A stretch of 56,237 nt of DNA. Origin: Atribacterota bacterium. Lineage in GTDB: Bacteria; Atribacterota; Phoenicimicrobiia; Phoenicimicrobiales; Stramentimicrobiaceae. The position numbers were made by a program, and so were the translations under genes. The stretch spans positions 1-56,237 of the forward strand of contig JAXGNR010000012.1 of assembly GCA_040767965.1 (NCBI GenBank), in the 5' to 3' direction. The notes under the pieces are model-generated. The model saw nothing but the letters and a program-made list of their open reading frames with translations. It did no database searches and had not been told where the DNA came from. This document shows, one piece after another, positions 29,920-41,341 of this stretch; within the stretch, counting starts at the first letter, position 1, and each line of letters opens with the position of its first letter.

Positions 29920-30723
29920 TTAAGCAGCTATCCATCCACCATCAACTAATAATATATGACCATTAATAAACTTTGATGCATCAGATGCTAAGAATATCAC
30001 TGGCCCAAAAAGATCATCTAGTTGGCCTAACCTTTTCATGGGAATTCTATCCAATACCCAATTTAATCTATTTTTATCTTCTAAAAAAGATTTACTCATT
30101 TTTGTTATAGTAAAGACTGGAGCAATCGCATTTACATTTATACCTTCAGGACCCCATTCAATCGCCAAAGATCTTGTCAATTGATTTACAGCTCCCTTGC
30201 TTGGAGCATATGCTAAATCCTCTTTTCTGCCTTGAAATCCTCGCACAGAAGAAATATTAATAATTTTACCATTTTTTCTTTCCAGCATATGTTTACCAAC
30301 ATTTTTACAACAAAGAAAAACAGACTTGAGATTAACATCCATCACTTCCTGCCATTTCATAGCATCAAATATTTCTGATTTCTCTAAATATCCCGTTCCT
30401 TGACTATTTACTAATATGTCTATTTTTTTATATTTAGAAAGCACAAAGTCAACCATATTTTTAACTTGCCTTTCATCAGTAACATCAGCAGAAAAATAAT
30501 TTCCAGCTGGCCCCATACTATTAATTGCCTCTGCTGTTTCAGAAAGCCCTTCTGGTCCTCTGCTGACAACACATACATTAACACCAGCCCCGGCCAGCGC
30601 CAAAGACATGGCCTGGCCCAAACCCTTATTGCCACCAACAACAATAGCATTTTTGCCTTTTATGTTAAATTGGTTATTTATATTTTTTGCTTCATTGACT
30701 AAATCATTAAGCTCTAATACCAT
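29920..30723 (-). CDS. SDR oxidoreductase (KduD/gluconate 5-dehydrogenase-like)
   Basis: GGNKGLG, YAPSK, NAIAP, RIPMKRLG, VDGGW. Confidence 0.88.
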   Translation of the reverse strand: MVLELNDLVNEAKNINNQFNIKGKNAIVVGGNKGLGQAMSLALAGAGVNVCVVSRGPEGLSETAEAINSMGPAGNYFSADVTDERQVKNMVDFVLSKYKKIDILVNSQGTGYLEKSEIFDAMKWQEVMDVNLKSVFLCCKNVGKHMLERKNGKIINISSVRGFQGRKEDLAYAPSKGAVNQLTRSLAIEWGPEGINVNAIAPVFTITKMSKSFLEDKNRLNWVLDRIPMKRLGQLDDLFGPVIFLASDASKFINGHILLVDGGWIAA

Positions 30724-30769
30724 ATAAATCCCTCCATAAGGTGTATTGAATATTTTAGAATTCTATTAA

Positions 30770-31969
30770 CTACATTAAAACTCCGTTTGCATAAAACTGT
30801 AAAAGTTCTTTATAATTTGTTCTTTTTTCTGTAACAGTTAGTTTTCCAGAAGATACACTTATTATTTCTTGAAATATTTCTTCTCCTACCTCATCTATAG
30901 ATTTATCACCATTAATAATATCACCAGCGTATACATCAAAATATTGCTTTTCAGAAATATCTTCTGGACTACCTAATATTTTTATTACAGGTAATGTTGA
31001 TAATCCACAAGGATAAGAAGGAAGTCCCCTGAATCTAGCTGGCAATCCTCCGGCAAAACTAAATATCTGTAATTGAGCTCCTGCAGTGAACATACCTAAA
31101 AACAACTGTGATGCTTGTGTTGTACCATCCATAAAATAAAGCCCTGGCTTTTGAGGCTTCTCTCCGTATTCGAGTGCTCCCATCAATGGAGTTGTTCCCC
31201 CTTTAGCAATAGCACCTAGTGATTTTTCTTCAATTGTGGTTAAGCCACCCTGTATATTTCCTTTTGTTGGTTCAGAACCTAATATATCTACACCATAATT
31301 ATAAATATCTTTATTCATTTGATTAACAAAATTTAGCAATTTATTTGCAACATCTTCACCTGTAGCCCTTTTTGCTAATACTTTTTCAGCACCTATTAAT
31401 TCAGCCGTTTCGGAAAAGATTACCTTTCCTCCTTTGGATACAAGGATGTCAGATGCCTTGCCGGTAGAAGGATTACTTGAAATAGCTGAAATTGAACCAG
31501 AACCACCACATTTAATACCTATAGTTAAATTTTTTATATCACAAGACACTCTAGTTTCATCTGATGCTTTTGCTACCATATCACTAAGAATTGTTATCCC
31601 CTTGTCTATTAAATTCTGATAACCACCATCCTTTTCTATTGATAACATTTCAACTCTTTTTTTTTCTAATTTTATTTTCTCGGCAATTTCTTCTATTTTT
31701 ATGCCTTCACATCCGATACCAACTAATAGAACTGAATGAATATTCGGATTACTACCCATCCCCACTAGTGTTTTTTCAGCTCTTTTCAAATCAGGGCCAA
31801 CTCTAATGCAAGCATGATTATGTAGCATTGGATTAACTCCTTTTACTTTTGATGCAAGTTCAAATGCTATTTCATTAGCACATCCAATAGTTGGTATTAT
31901 AGCTACATAATTTCTTATACCAACACTTCCATTTGCTCTTTTATATCCTAAAAAATTCATTACCATCAC
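30770..31969 (-). CDS. UxaA/GarD-family dehydratase catalytic subunit (no SAF domain)
   Basis: GYKRANGSVGIRN, GIGCE, KCGGS, SETAE, GNIQGGLTTIEEKSLGA. Confidence 0.85.
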   Translation of the reverse strand: MMVMNFLGYKRANGSVGIRNYVAIIPTIGCANEIAFELASKVKGVNPMLHNHACIRVGPDLKRAEKTLVGMGSNPNIHSVLLVGIGCEGIKIEEIAEKIKLEKKRVEMLSIEKDGGYQNLIDKGITILSDMVAKASDETRVSCDIKNLTIGIKCGGSGSISAISSNPSTGKASDILVSKGGKVIFSETAELIGAEKVLAKRATGEDVANKLLNFVNQMNKDIYNYGVDILGSEPTKGNIQGGLTTIEEKSLGAIAKGGTTPLMGALEYGEKPQKPGLYFMDGTTQASQLFLGMFTAGAQLQIFSFAGGLPARFRGLPSYPCGLSTLPVIKILGSPEDISEKQYFDVYAGDIINGDKSIDEVGEEIFQEIISVSSGKLTVTEKRTNYKELLQFYANGVLM

Positions 31970-32027
31970 TCCTATAATTTTTTATTAATACATTAATTTA
32001 TCAATTTGTTATTTTTATTAAATTTGA

Positions 32028-33319
32028 TTAAATTTTTGTTTTTAATAACCCAGCAATCTTGGAATAAATGATCAATCCTGGCACATAGGTAATTAAAAAA
32101 AGAACTGCTATTTCAGCAAATAAAAAAGGCAAAATTGCCTTGTATAATCTTCCAAGCCCAACGTTAGCTATCCCTGATGTAACAAATAGAGTCACTCCTA
32201 CAGGTGGTGTTATTAATCCTATTTCCAAATTAACTATAACAACTAAAGCATAATGCAATGGATCAATCCCCAACGTATTAGGCAACAGGTGTTAATATTG
32301 GAACCATTATTAAAAGAGCAGGAGCAAGATCTAAAATCATCCCAATCAATAACAATAAAATATTTGTAATTAGTAAAAACATTAATTGAGAATTGGCAAA
32401 TGCCATAAAAAGCCGCTACTTTCTGAGGTATTTGCAATATAGTAAGAACCTCATCCCATATTGCTGGCTGAAGCAATTATAAACATTACAGAAGAAGTCA
32501 TTTTAGCACTCTCAAACATCAAAGGAAATAAATCTTTAAAAATAATTGTTTTAAAATAATATCTGCAAATAAGAAAGGAATACAAAACAGCCGCCCCGCA
32601 GCTTCGGCCGCTGTAAAAACACCTAATAAAATTCCTCCCAAAATTAAAACTGGTAAACCAAGTGCAGGCAAAGTTCTAATAAAAGCTTTTGTTATTTTAT
32701 AGATAGATGGCTTGTCCTCAGATAATGGATATTTTCTTTTTTGAAATAATATATACAGTAACCATTAATCCAGTTCCCACTAAAATCCAGGGATAATTCC
32801 AGCTAAAATAATGCAGCTACAGATAATCGCCTTGGCAACAACTGCATATATAATCATAGTAACGCTCGGGGGAATAATTGGTCCGATAATTGCAGAAGCA
32901 GCTGTAACAGCAGCAGAAAAATCTTTATCGTATCCCCCTTTCTCCATCAATGCCATTTCAATAGGTCCTAAAGCAGCTAAATCAGCAGTTGCTGTTCCGC
33001 TTAAACCTGCAAAAAGCATACTACTAATTACATTGACATGTCCGAAGCCTCCAGCTATATGCCCTACAAGATTTTTAGAAAAATTTACTAAACTCTCGGT
33101 TATCCCACCTTTATTCATAATTTTTCCTGAAAGTATAAATAAAGGAATAGCCAAAAAAGTAAAAAAATCAATCCCTACTACCATTCTTTGAGGAATTGCC
33201 AGCAGGTTACCACCCAGCATAAGGTAAGAACCAATTGAGACAATGCCAATGGCAAACCCTATAGGCAAACCGATTATTATTAAGAATAAAAAAACTAATA
33301 AAATATAAAGAGCAATCAA
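32028..33319 (-). pseudogene. dctM: TRAP large permease DctM, multiply frameshifted
   Basis: LAIPLFILSG, SGTATAD, IGPIIPPS, GVFTAAEAA, IGLITPPVG in different frames. Confidence 0.85.
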
Positions 33320-33348
33320 TTGAACTTCCCTCTACTTTCTGTTTAATT

Positions 33349-33855
33349 TTACATATTTTCTTTTTTAGAAATATCATCAATTTTATTTACTATATAAGGG
33401 ATTAAATTTATCAAAATCAACATTGAACCTATAACAGGAGCCGCATATATCCAAGCAATTGATATTTCTAATGTTGGGGTTGTAATATTTTTTGTTAACT
33501 CTATTAACCCTTTACCTTTGACTATGATTAAAATGGAAAATATAAAAATCAGAACCCCATGGAATATATACATAATTTTCTGTCCTCGTGGAGGAAGTTT
33601 GTTTATAAAAAGATCAAGAAAAGGATGACTGTTTTCTTTCAAATTTATTGCAATTGTTAAGTAGGTAATCCAGATTAACAAATATCTTGCCCCCTCATAA
33701 ACATAAGGAAAAGAACGGCCGGTATGCTTCACTATCAAGAACCTATAAAATATTTGGACAAGAATTGATAGTACCAAAATACCCATTAAAAAAATTATCA
33801 TATGTTTTATCTTTGAATCTATAAAATCTGAAATATTTTTTATTTTTCTCAACAA
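33349..33855 (-). CDS. dctQ: TRAP small permease DctQ
   Basis: QIFYR, E.ARYLLIW, four TM segments, context. Confidence 0.85.
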   Translation of the reverse strand: MLRKIKNISDFIDSKIKHMIIFLMGILVLSILVQIFYRFLIVKHTGRSFPYVYEGARYLLIWITYLTIAINLKENSHPFLDLFINKLPPRGQKIMYIFHGVLIFIFSILIIVKGKGLIELTKNITTPTLEISIAWIYAAPVIGSMLILINLIPYIVNKIDDISKKENM

Positions 33856-34384
33856 ATTAACCTCCAGTTATAGTTTTAAAAATACAAATATTTAAAATTT
33901 TATTAATGAATAAATAGGATTATTTAAATTTGTTTTATTTATAATTGACTATAGACAATACTTAAAAAATTCATTGATTAATTTATCAAGCAAGATTAGG
34001 GTTAAAAAAGTTTAATATAAAAAATAGATTACTCTTAACCTTACATTTAAGGATAAGATAAGATTAGCTGAAAAAAATATCTTAAATAGTATTACAAAAT
34101 ATAATTTTTTATGAAAAAATTATTTCCAGTTATTTTCAATGGTTGATATTTACATAATGCTTAATCAGATAATAAATAAAGGACATTCCATTTTTTGGAT
34201 GTCCTAAGTCAATTTTTATTTAAGTTTTCTCCTTAAATATTAATTGTTTTCAATTGTTTTTCCTTTATTTTATATAAATATTTTGTATAAAAAATTTCCG
34301 TTTGCCAAAAAACTTTCATATTTATAATACTTTACTTAAACTATCTAAATTAAAATTTATGAACTTTATTCATATTTATTTTTT

Positions 34385-34434
34385 ATACAATTTAACCAGA
34401 TGATTATTTAAAAGAGCATCTGGTTAAATTGTAT
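34385..34434 (-). terminator. Long hairpin after dctP
   Basis: atacaatttaaccagatg / catctggttaaattgtat, 18-bp perfect stem. Confidence 0.7.
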
Positions 34435-34488
34435 TTATATAAATTTTAGTAAGAAAAAATAATTTAAATAATAGTAATTTACATTTCC

Positions 34489-35505
34489 TTATTTGTTATA
34501 GTTACTCAGTTCTAAAAACATCTCATCAACAACATCATCTCCTAGTTGTTCTCTGAGGTATGCTTCTCCAGATGGCCTTACAGCTTCTTGCCATTTAGCG
34601 GCTTCTTCAGGTGTAGGATTATATATTTCTAAATAGTCTGCAAGATATTTTAACCCTACTTCTTCTTGTAACATTTGCATAACTCTCATAACAATAGTGC
34701 CCCTTTCAGCGCCGGCCAATACAATTTCTTGAAGATCTGTAGGTAGGTTCTTGAAAAAGTTATTATCTAATAATACAAAGCAGAAAGAAGCAGTATGTCC
34801 GTCTAAAGTCATATATTTTTGGACTTCAAAAGTTAAGTCCTGTCTAATGCTAACAATTGGATTCTCTTGTCCATCAACTACACCTTGTTGGATAGCACTA
34901 TACATTTCTGCAGAAGGAATTGGTTCAGCTATAGCACCTAAATCTTCCACCATATTAATAAATATCGGGCTTTCCATTACCCTGAATTTTATTCCTTTTG
35001 CATCTTCTGGAGTTCTAAGTTCACGAATATTGTTTGTAAAGTGGCGGAATCCTTTAGGAGCCATAGAAACTATTTTTAGGTTTAGTTTCTGGGTAACATC
35101 CTCTACTAAATTCTGACCCCACTGACTATTTAAAAGATAAACACTTTCCTCTACTGACTGAAATAGTCCTGGCATATTTAGCAAATTAATTTTTGGGTAT
35201 AAACCAGAAAGGCCTGCAGAATCAATGGATACAGATTGGATATTCCCCATCATAGCTCCTTCAAGCAAATCTCTGAAGTTTCCTAATTGGCCAGCTGGAT
35301 ATATTTCTACTTTAATCCTTCCCTGGGATGCTCTTTCAACATAACCCTTAAACACACTTATATATGCAGTATCAACATTTTCAAAAACAGTTAACTCAGG
35401 GCTAACATAAGCGTGTTTAATAATATATTCTTGAGCAAATGATGTCTGTCCTAAGAAAAGTAATATTAAAACCATTAAAAATAAAGTGACATAATTTCTT
35501 TTCAT
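34489..35505 (-). CDS. dctP: TRAP substrate-binding protein DctP
   Basis: IYPAGQLG, GFRHFTN, GIKFRVM, YSAIQQGVVDGQEN. Confidence 0.92.
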   Translation of the reverse strand: MKRNYVTLFLMVLILLFLGQTSFAQEYIIKHAYVSPELTVFENVDTAYISVFKGYVERASQGRIKVEIYPAGQLGNFRDLLEGAMMGNIQSVSIDSAGLSGLYPKINLLNMPGLFQSVEESVYLLNSQWGQNLVEDVTQKLNLKIVSMAPKGFRHFTNNIRELRTPEDAKGIKFRVMESPIFINMVEDLGAIAEPIPSAEMYSAIQQGVVDGQENPIVSIRQDLTFEVQKYMTLDGHTASFCFVLLDNNFFKNLPTDLQEIVLAGAERGTIVMRVMQMLQEEVGLKYLADYLEIYNPTPEEAAKWQEAVRPSGEAYLREQLGDDVVDEMFLELSNYNK

Positions 35506-35675
35506 ATAAAAACCTCCAGATTTAATTATTTTTTATTAACCTTTATCAAGCTATATAAATTTTTTCTATATTTATTATCACCTCCAAATTATTTTTTTAT
35601 TTTACTTTTATTAATTTTATTGTACTCTACGGTTGTTTTAACAAACTAATTGGTATATTGCATCTCAAGGCATCT

Positions 35676-36763
35676 CTAATTACAATGTTTTGAGATATTT
35701 TCTTTGTTTAAAGTAAGACCTATACCAGGCTTATCTGGAATTTCAATAAATCCATTAATCGGTTTAGGTGGATTTATAAATACAAGATCATCCAAAGGCT
35801 CAAACATAATTAATTTTTCTAGTATTAAACCATTGGTAATAGAGCCAACTAAATGCATATGCATATATTCCATGGCATGAGGAGCAACAGGCCTATTCCA
35901 GGCTTGTGCTATCATAGCCATTTTCATCCATTCAGTTATTCCACCACATTTTGTAACGTCAAACTGTAAAATATCAGCAGATTTGCTGATTAATAAGTCT
36001 CTTGCGCCATACTTTGTATATTCGTGCTCTCCTGTAGCTACTGGCATGTCTATAGATTCTCTTACTTTTGCCGGCCTTCAAAGTCATCCGCTATAACTGG
36101 TTCTTCATATAAATATATATTACAATCTTTATACCATTAGCTACATAGATTGCAACTGCTGAAGTATAAGCATTATTAGCATCAACTAATAAATCTATTT
36201 TTTCCTATATTTTTTCTTACCATCTTTACTCTTTTAATATCTTCATCGGGTGATTTACCAGAATTAACTCCTACTTTCATTTTTACTGCCTTATACCCAT
36301 TTTCTACCATTGACATAATTGAATCAACAAGCTCTTTATCACTATAAGAAGTCCATCCACCACTTGCATAAACCGGAACTTTCTTTTTACCTCCTAAATA
36401 TTTATAAAGAGGCAATCCAACTGATTTTGCTTTTAAATCCCATAGGGCAATATCAATAGCACTAAGGCTTAAAAAAGCTAATCCTTTTCTGCCAATGCCT
36501 CTCATAAATTGGAAAATCTCATCCCAAATAAATTCGGAATCAAAAGGGTTCTTGCCGATTACTAAATTTTTAAGGTCTTTTTCAATTAACAATTTTGTAG
36601 CATCTCCGCCCACCTCGCTATAGGTTATACCTATTCCTGTTAAATCATTATCAGTATGCAGGCATACGATCACATAACCGACTTTATCAACTACTCTTGT
36701 CGAATCAGCTATATTTTTCAATGGATAATCAACAACAAATACTTCAATATTTTTGATTTTCAT
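35676..36763 (-). pseudogene. Mandelate racemase/enolase-superfamily acid-sugar dehydratase, frameshifted around 36070-36200
   Basis: SAIDIALWDL, YASGG, KMK, DANN, EEP, ATGEHE, GGITEW, APH. Confidence 0.85.
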
Positions 36764-37165
36764 TTTTTAACCTTTCTTTTATATATTTTTAGATAACTTA
36801 TTGATTAGAAATAACTAATTTGATTAGGATCTGATTAGGAATATATAATGGCAATTTATTTAATTTATAGATATAGCCATTAAGAGTAATCTTTTTGTAA
36901 GAAACCTGATAATCAAATCTTTTAATATTTCATTATCTTAAAAGAGCTGACCAGAGTACCGATTTTTTGTTAGAAAATTTTACTATCTTAAATCCTTTTC
37001 TGATAAGAATCTTTTTACAAGAACCTAGATAGAAAAATATTTAATTGATTGATAAAAATAGTAAGTAAATATATTTAAAAGTTAATATATCTTTTATTGA
37101 TTGTAGATTTAAAAATGTAACAAAATTTATTATTTTTAATTAAGTATAAACCTAAAATTAACTTG

Positions 37166-38627
37166 TGTCAATTATTCGAATTGCCTCATCAAAAATATAA
37201 TTGAAAAAGTATCGATGCCTCATATAAAAATCTAACTGAAACTATTTTAATTATAGGACAATCTCCTCTATATTGGAAGAAGAAAGATCTTTCCAATAGA
37301 GGGGAGGCTAAGGAGATGTTAACTATGAGGCAGAAAAAAGCAGTAACCAGGGAATTGCAGAATAGATACCAGAAAGCCAGAAAAAAGGAAAAAATAATGA
37401 TCCTGAATGAATTTACTCAACTGACCGGCTATAACCGCTGTTATGCCAGTCAGTTACTTGGTAAAAGTAAAATACTGGGTTATGTTCAGATAGCTGGAGA
37501 AAAGTTCAATTATGTACGCAATTATCAGAAATCCAGGAAAAGGAACAGCTACTATGACCAGGAGGTTCTAATTGCCTTAAAGAAGATCTGGAAAGAAGCT
37601 GATTACATCTGCTCCAAACGACTGTCTCCCTTCTTAGAGAATTCATTCAGGTATTAGAAAAACATGGAGAAATAAAACTTACTCCCAAGATAAGAGAAAA
37701 ACTCTGTAGCATCTCTGCTAGTACCATTGATCGGCTGTTAGCTGATACCAAAAAGAAACAGCAGCTCAAGGGCAGGTCCACTACCAGACCGGGAAGCCTC
37801 TTGAAGAAGAATATCCCGATACGTACTTTCAGTGAGTGGGATAATGCTAAGCCCGGCTTCTTCGAGGTAGACTTAGTCAGCCACGATGGAGGACTGTCTA
37901 AAGGTGACTTTATCCAGAGTCTCAATTTTACCGATATTGCTACCTGTTGGGATGAGATGATAGCAGTTAAGAATAAGGCCCAAAGATGGGTCTTTGCCGG
38001 AATCAAAGAGATTAAAGAAAGGTTGCCCTTTACCATCTTAGGCTTTGATTCAGATAATGGCAGTGAATTCATCAATCATCACCTCATAGTCTATTGCGAA
38101 GAACAACAGATTACCTTTACCAGAAGCAGACCTTACCGTAAGAATGATTCCTGCTACATTGAGCAGAAAAACTGGTCTGTTATTAGAAGGACTGTGGGTT
38201 ATGGAAGGTATGATACTGATAGAGAGCTTTGCCTGTTAAATAAACTGTATGGTTATCTGAGATTGTATGTGAATTTCTTCCAGCCGGTGAGAAAGTTAGT
38301 ACAAAAAGAAAGGATCGGGAGCAGGGTTATCAAAAGATATGATGTAGCTCAAACACCTTATCGCAGGGCATTGGCTTCACCTCTTGTCTCAGAGGAAATT
38401 AAGATGCAGTTACAAAAACAATATGCTATGCTAAATCCAGCACAGCTTAAAAGAGAAACTACTAAACTACAGAATCAGCTTTACAAAGCAAATATTTTAA
38501 AACAGAATAGAGAAAAAGAAACTGTTCTGAGTGAAAAACCTCAAAACAGCTTCGATTACATTTCTACTTGAGGCAGCGTATTAGCTTTCGATTAGATTTT
38601 TAGGTGAGGCAACAGGTATTTTTGAAA
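37166..38627 (+). mobile_element. Insertion sequence (IS481/ISNCY-like) with multi-repeat terminal IRs
   Basis: Left end TGTCAA-N9-TTGCCTCA; right end (reverse complement) TTTCAA-N9-TTGCCTCA; two TGCCTCA..AAAAT.TAA..GAA repeats at each end. Confidence 0.75.
37316..38571 (+). CDS. DDE integrase-core transposase, split by one frameshift near 37640
   Basis: PGFFEVDLVSH, DSDNGSEFIN, FTRSRPYRKND..IEQKN; N-terminal ORF 37316-37657 continues in the next frame. Confidence 0.85.
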
Positions 38628-38722
38628 GGCAAAATATATTATCGAAAGCTTAGTAAATATTAATGAAGATACTAAAATATTAAAAAAATTAGGTTTTATA
38701 CCATGGCATAATAAGTAATATC

Positions 38723-39940
38723 TCAAATAAACAAGATGCTCATCACAAAATAATTAGCTATTATCACTATTAATAAAGACAGGAAAAATTTCCAGTAATC
38801 TTTATAAAGATCTGCTGTTGAAACCTGCATATATTCACAGGTAAAGAGCTGACATAAATGCAAAGGTGAAAAGAAATAACCAATAAAACTCCAAATGTAA
38901 GTGAAATGAGTATATAGCAACAATTGTCTACTGCTAATAGGCAGCATTAATAAAATTGGGATTACCACCCCTAAGGCAGTAGGCTGGAATCCGGTTGTGA
39001 TACCAAAAAAGAAAGCAGTTATGATTATTCCCAGCATAATGGTACTTTCATTGCTGAAAATATTAGTTAAAAAACCCAGCAGAGAACCCATTTGACCCAT
39101 AACTCCCTGTATAAGATAAACACCTATTATAGCAATCAATATTTTTATACTAAAAGCCTTTGCTGCGTCTTTCAAAAATGTTTTAGTTGGGTGCAGCATA
39201 TATAATATACACAGATTAATTAACATACCAAAATAAAAAGGTACTTTAAAAAACAGGTTTAAAAGCACTGCAGTATAAACCGGAGAAGTATATTTTAACA
39301 ATTTAATTAAGTTGGGCAAGATTGGTTTTCCGGATGGTATAGCATCTTCTTTTACCTGTCTGATATATAAGTAGTATCCTAATAAGCAGTACAATATAAC
39401 AAAGATTATATTTAAACCGATAAGACTGTAAATGGGTATTTCCGGAGCAATTGAGGCAATAAGTAGAAATCCTGAGCTATAAGGCATAATATTCATAGCA
39501 ATATGCCTGTAAACCAGGTTGATAATAGCACGCTTGGTGTGGGGAATATTTGAATCCTCTCCTAATCCGTTAATAAAAGGTGCAGACATAATTGCTCCAC
39601 CGGGGACAGACAACAAGCCAACTAAAGCCGGGATAAACATTAATGTAAATCTTTTGCTTCTTACTACTGAAATAAGGTAATTAATAACATGATCAATAAT
39701 GCCATACTGTTTTAGAAGTACTCCTAAAATTCCAACTTCTAAAATAATTATATATTGCTGTACTTTTCTAATATTTAAAAAAGTCCCGGCAAGAACTGCT
39801 CCCATATCAGCAAAATCCAATCCCCCAATTAAGGCCATCATCACAGCACAAATACAAATAGCAATACCTATAGGGACATTTTTTTTATTCAAAAATGGAA
39901 TAGTCAAAAAAGACACTATTACAGCTATAAATTCTCGCAT
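38723..39940 (-). CDS. DUF401-family membrane transporter
   Basis: PALVGLLSVPGGAIMSAP, INLVYRH, SPLHLC. Confidence 0.8.
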   Translation of the reverse strand: MREFIAVIVSFLTIPFLNKKNVPIGIAICICAVMMALIGGLDFADMGAVLAGTFLNIRKVQQYIIILEVGILGVLLKQYGIIDHVINYLISVVRSKRFTLMFIPALVGLLSVPGGAIMSAPFINGLGEDSNIPHTKRAIINLVYRHIAMNIMPYSSGFLLIASIAPEIPIYSLIGLNIIFVILYCLLGYYLYIRQVKEDAIPSGKPILPNLIKLLKYTSPVYTAVLLNLFFKVPFYFGMLINLCILYMLHPTKTFLKDAAKAFSIKILIAIIGVYLIQGVMGQMGSLLGFLTNIFSNESTIMLGIIITAFFFGITTGFQPTALGVVIPILLMLPISSRQLLLYTHFTYIWSFIGYFFSPLHLCQLFTCEYMQVSTADLYKDYWKFFLSLLIVIIANYFVMSILFI

Positions 39941-40332
39941 TCTCTTACCTCTATTATGTATTTATGTTTTATAAAATTTAAATTATTTTAAATCAATAAA
40001 ATAGAGCCCCATATAATTTAAAGAATATTAGGGCTCCATTTTATATTTTTTGACAATTTTTTAGTTTAATACAGCCTGAGATATTCTACTTGTAATATTT
40101 TAACACTATTTTTTATATTTTTTAAGCTGGAATGAATTTTATTAATAAATATTAAAATCTATTTAAGGAAATAAAGCATGTATCTACAGATTTTAGTTTA
40201 AATTAATCTATTAAAAATTACAAATATATATTCCTTTTATTTAGCCTATAAAAGTTACAATAATAAGTATTATTGAAAACCAATACAAATTTGTTTTAAC
40301 ATCAAATAAGATGCAATACTGGAAATTATGAT

Positions 40333-41310
40333 TCAGGATATTTGGTGGAAATAATTTTCGTTTGGTATTTCTGAAATTCTGTTTTCCAAAACCTTTAAGG
40401 CTATGTCTGCTACCTGTTCTCCCATTCTCATATAAGATTCCAGTGCTGTTCCCGCAATATGTGGGGTTATAATAATATTATTCAAATTAAATAACGGGCA
40501 ATCTGTTGGTAACGGTTCTTGTGGAAAAGTATCCAGCCCAGCCCCTGCAATTTCATCACTTTCCAAGGCTTTTACCAGGGCTTCCTGGTCAATTATCGCT
40601 CCTCTGGCAGTATTTATCAAATAAGCACTTTTTTTCATTTTCTTCAATTCATTTGTGCTTATTAATTTCTCTGTTTGCTCAGTTAAAGGACAATGGATAC
40701 TGACAACATCTGATTCTTCCAGCAATCTATCTAAAGACTGCACCAGTTTAATGTTTTCAGGTTCTTTTGTTAAAAAAGGATCATAAGCTAAAACCTTTAC
40801 CCTAAATGGATTTAATAATTCCGTAAGTCTTCTGCCAATCCTGCCCAACCCAATTAAGCCAACTGTTTTTCCATTTAGCTCGGTAGCCTGATATTTTCCC
40901 TGATTCCATTGCTTATTAACTTTTAATTCCTGATCATAACGATTTACTTGTTTCATTAAAGTCATAATTAATGCTAAAGCATGCTCTGCTACTGACTCAA
41001 AATTAGCAGTAGGGGTATAAAAAACCGGAATATGTTGTTTTTTTGCTTCTTCAATATCTATATTGTCAACTCCCACTCCATGTTTGATTATCGCTTTCAG
41101 ATTAGTAGCTGAATTAATAACTTTAGAATTAATTTTTCCTACTCTTACGACAAATAGATCAAAATTAATTTTTTTAATTAAATCAATCATTTCTTCTTCT
41201 TTAATTCCTTTTGGAACTAAATGCACATCAGCTTTTGTTTTTATTCTATTTATTGCCTCCTCATAAATGGGAGCTGTCAGTAAAACATTATACTTGCTCA
41301 CAGATACCAC
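40333..41310 (-). CDS. D-2-hydroxyacid dehydrogenase (SerA-like, no ACT domain)
   Basis: HGVGVDNID, GLGRIG, INTARG, TPHIAG. Confidence 0.9.
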   Translation of the reverse strand: MVSVSKYNVLLTAPIYEEAINRIKTKADVHLVPKGIKEEEMIDLIKKINFDLFVVRVGKINSKVINSATNLKAIIKHGVGVDNIDIEEAKKQHIPVFYTPTANFESVAEHALALIMTLMKQVNRYDQELKVNKQWNQGKYQATELNGKTVGLIGLGRIGRRLTELLNPFRVKVLAYDPFLTKEPENIKLVQSLDRLLEESDVVSIHCPLTEQTEKLISTNELKKMKKSAYLINTARGAIIDQEALVKALESDEIAGAGLDTFPQEPLPTDCPLFNLNNIIITPHIAGTALESYMRMGEQVADIALKVLENRISEIPNENYFHQIS

Positions 41311-41341
41311 CTCTATTATTCAATATTGATTATATTAATAT

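Noticed and set aside
37630-37660. Programmed frameshift in the transposase
   Set aside because: No slippery heptamer at the junction; a one-base loss like others in this assembly is simpler
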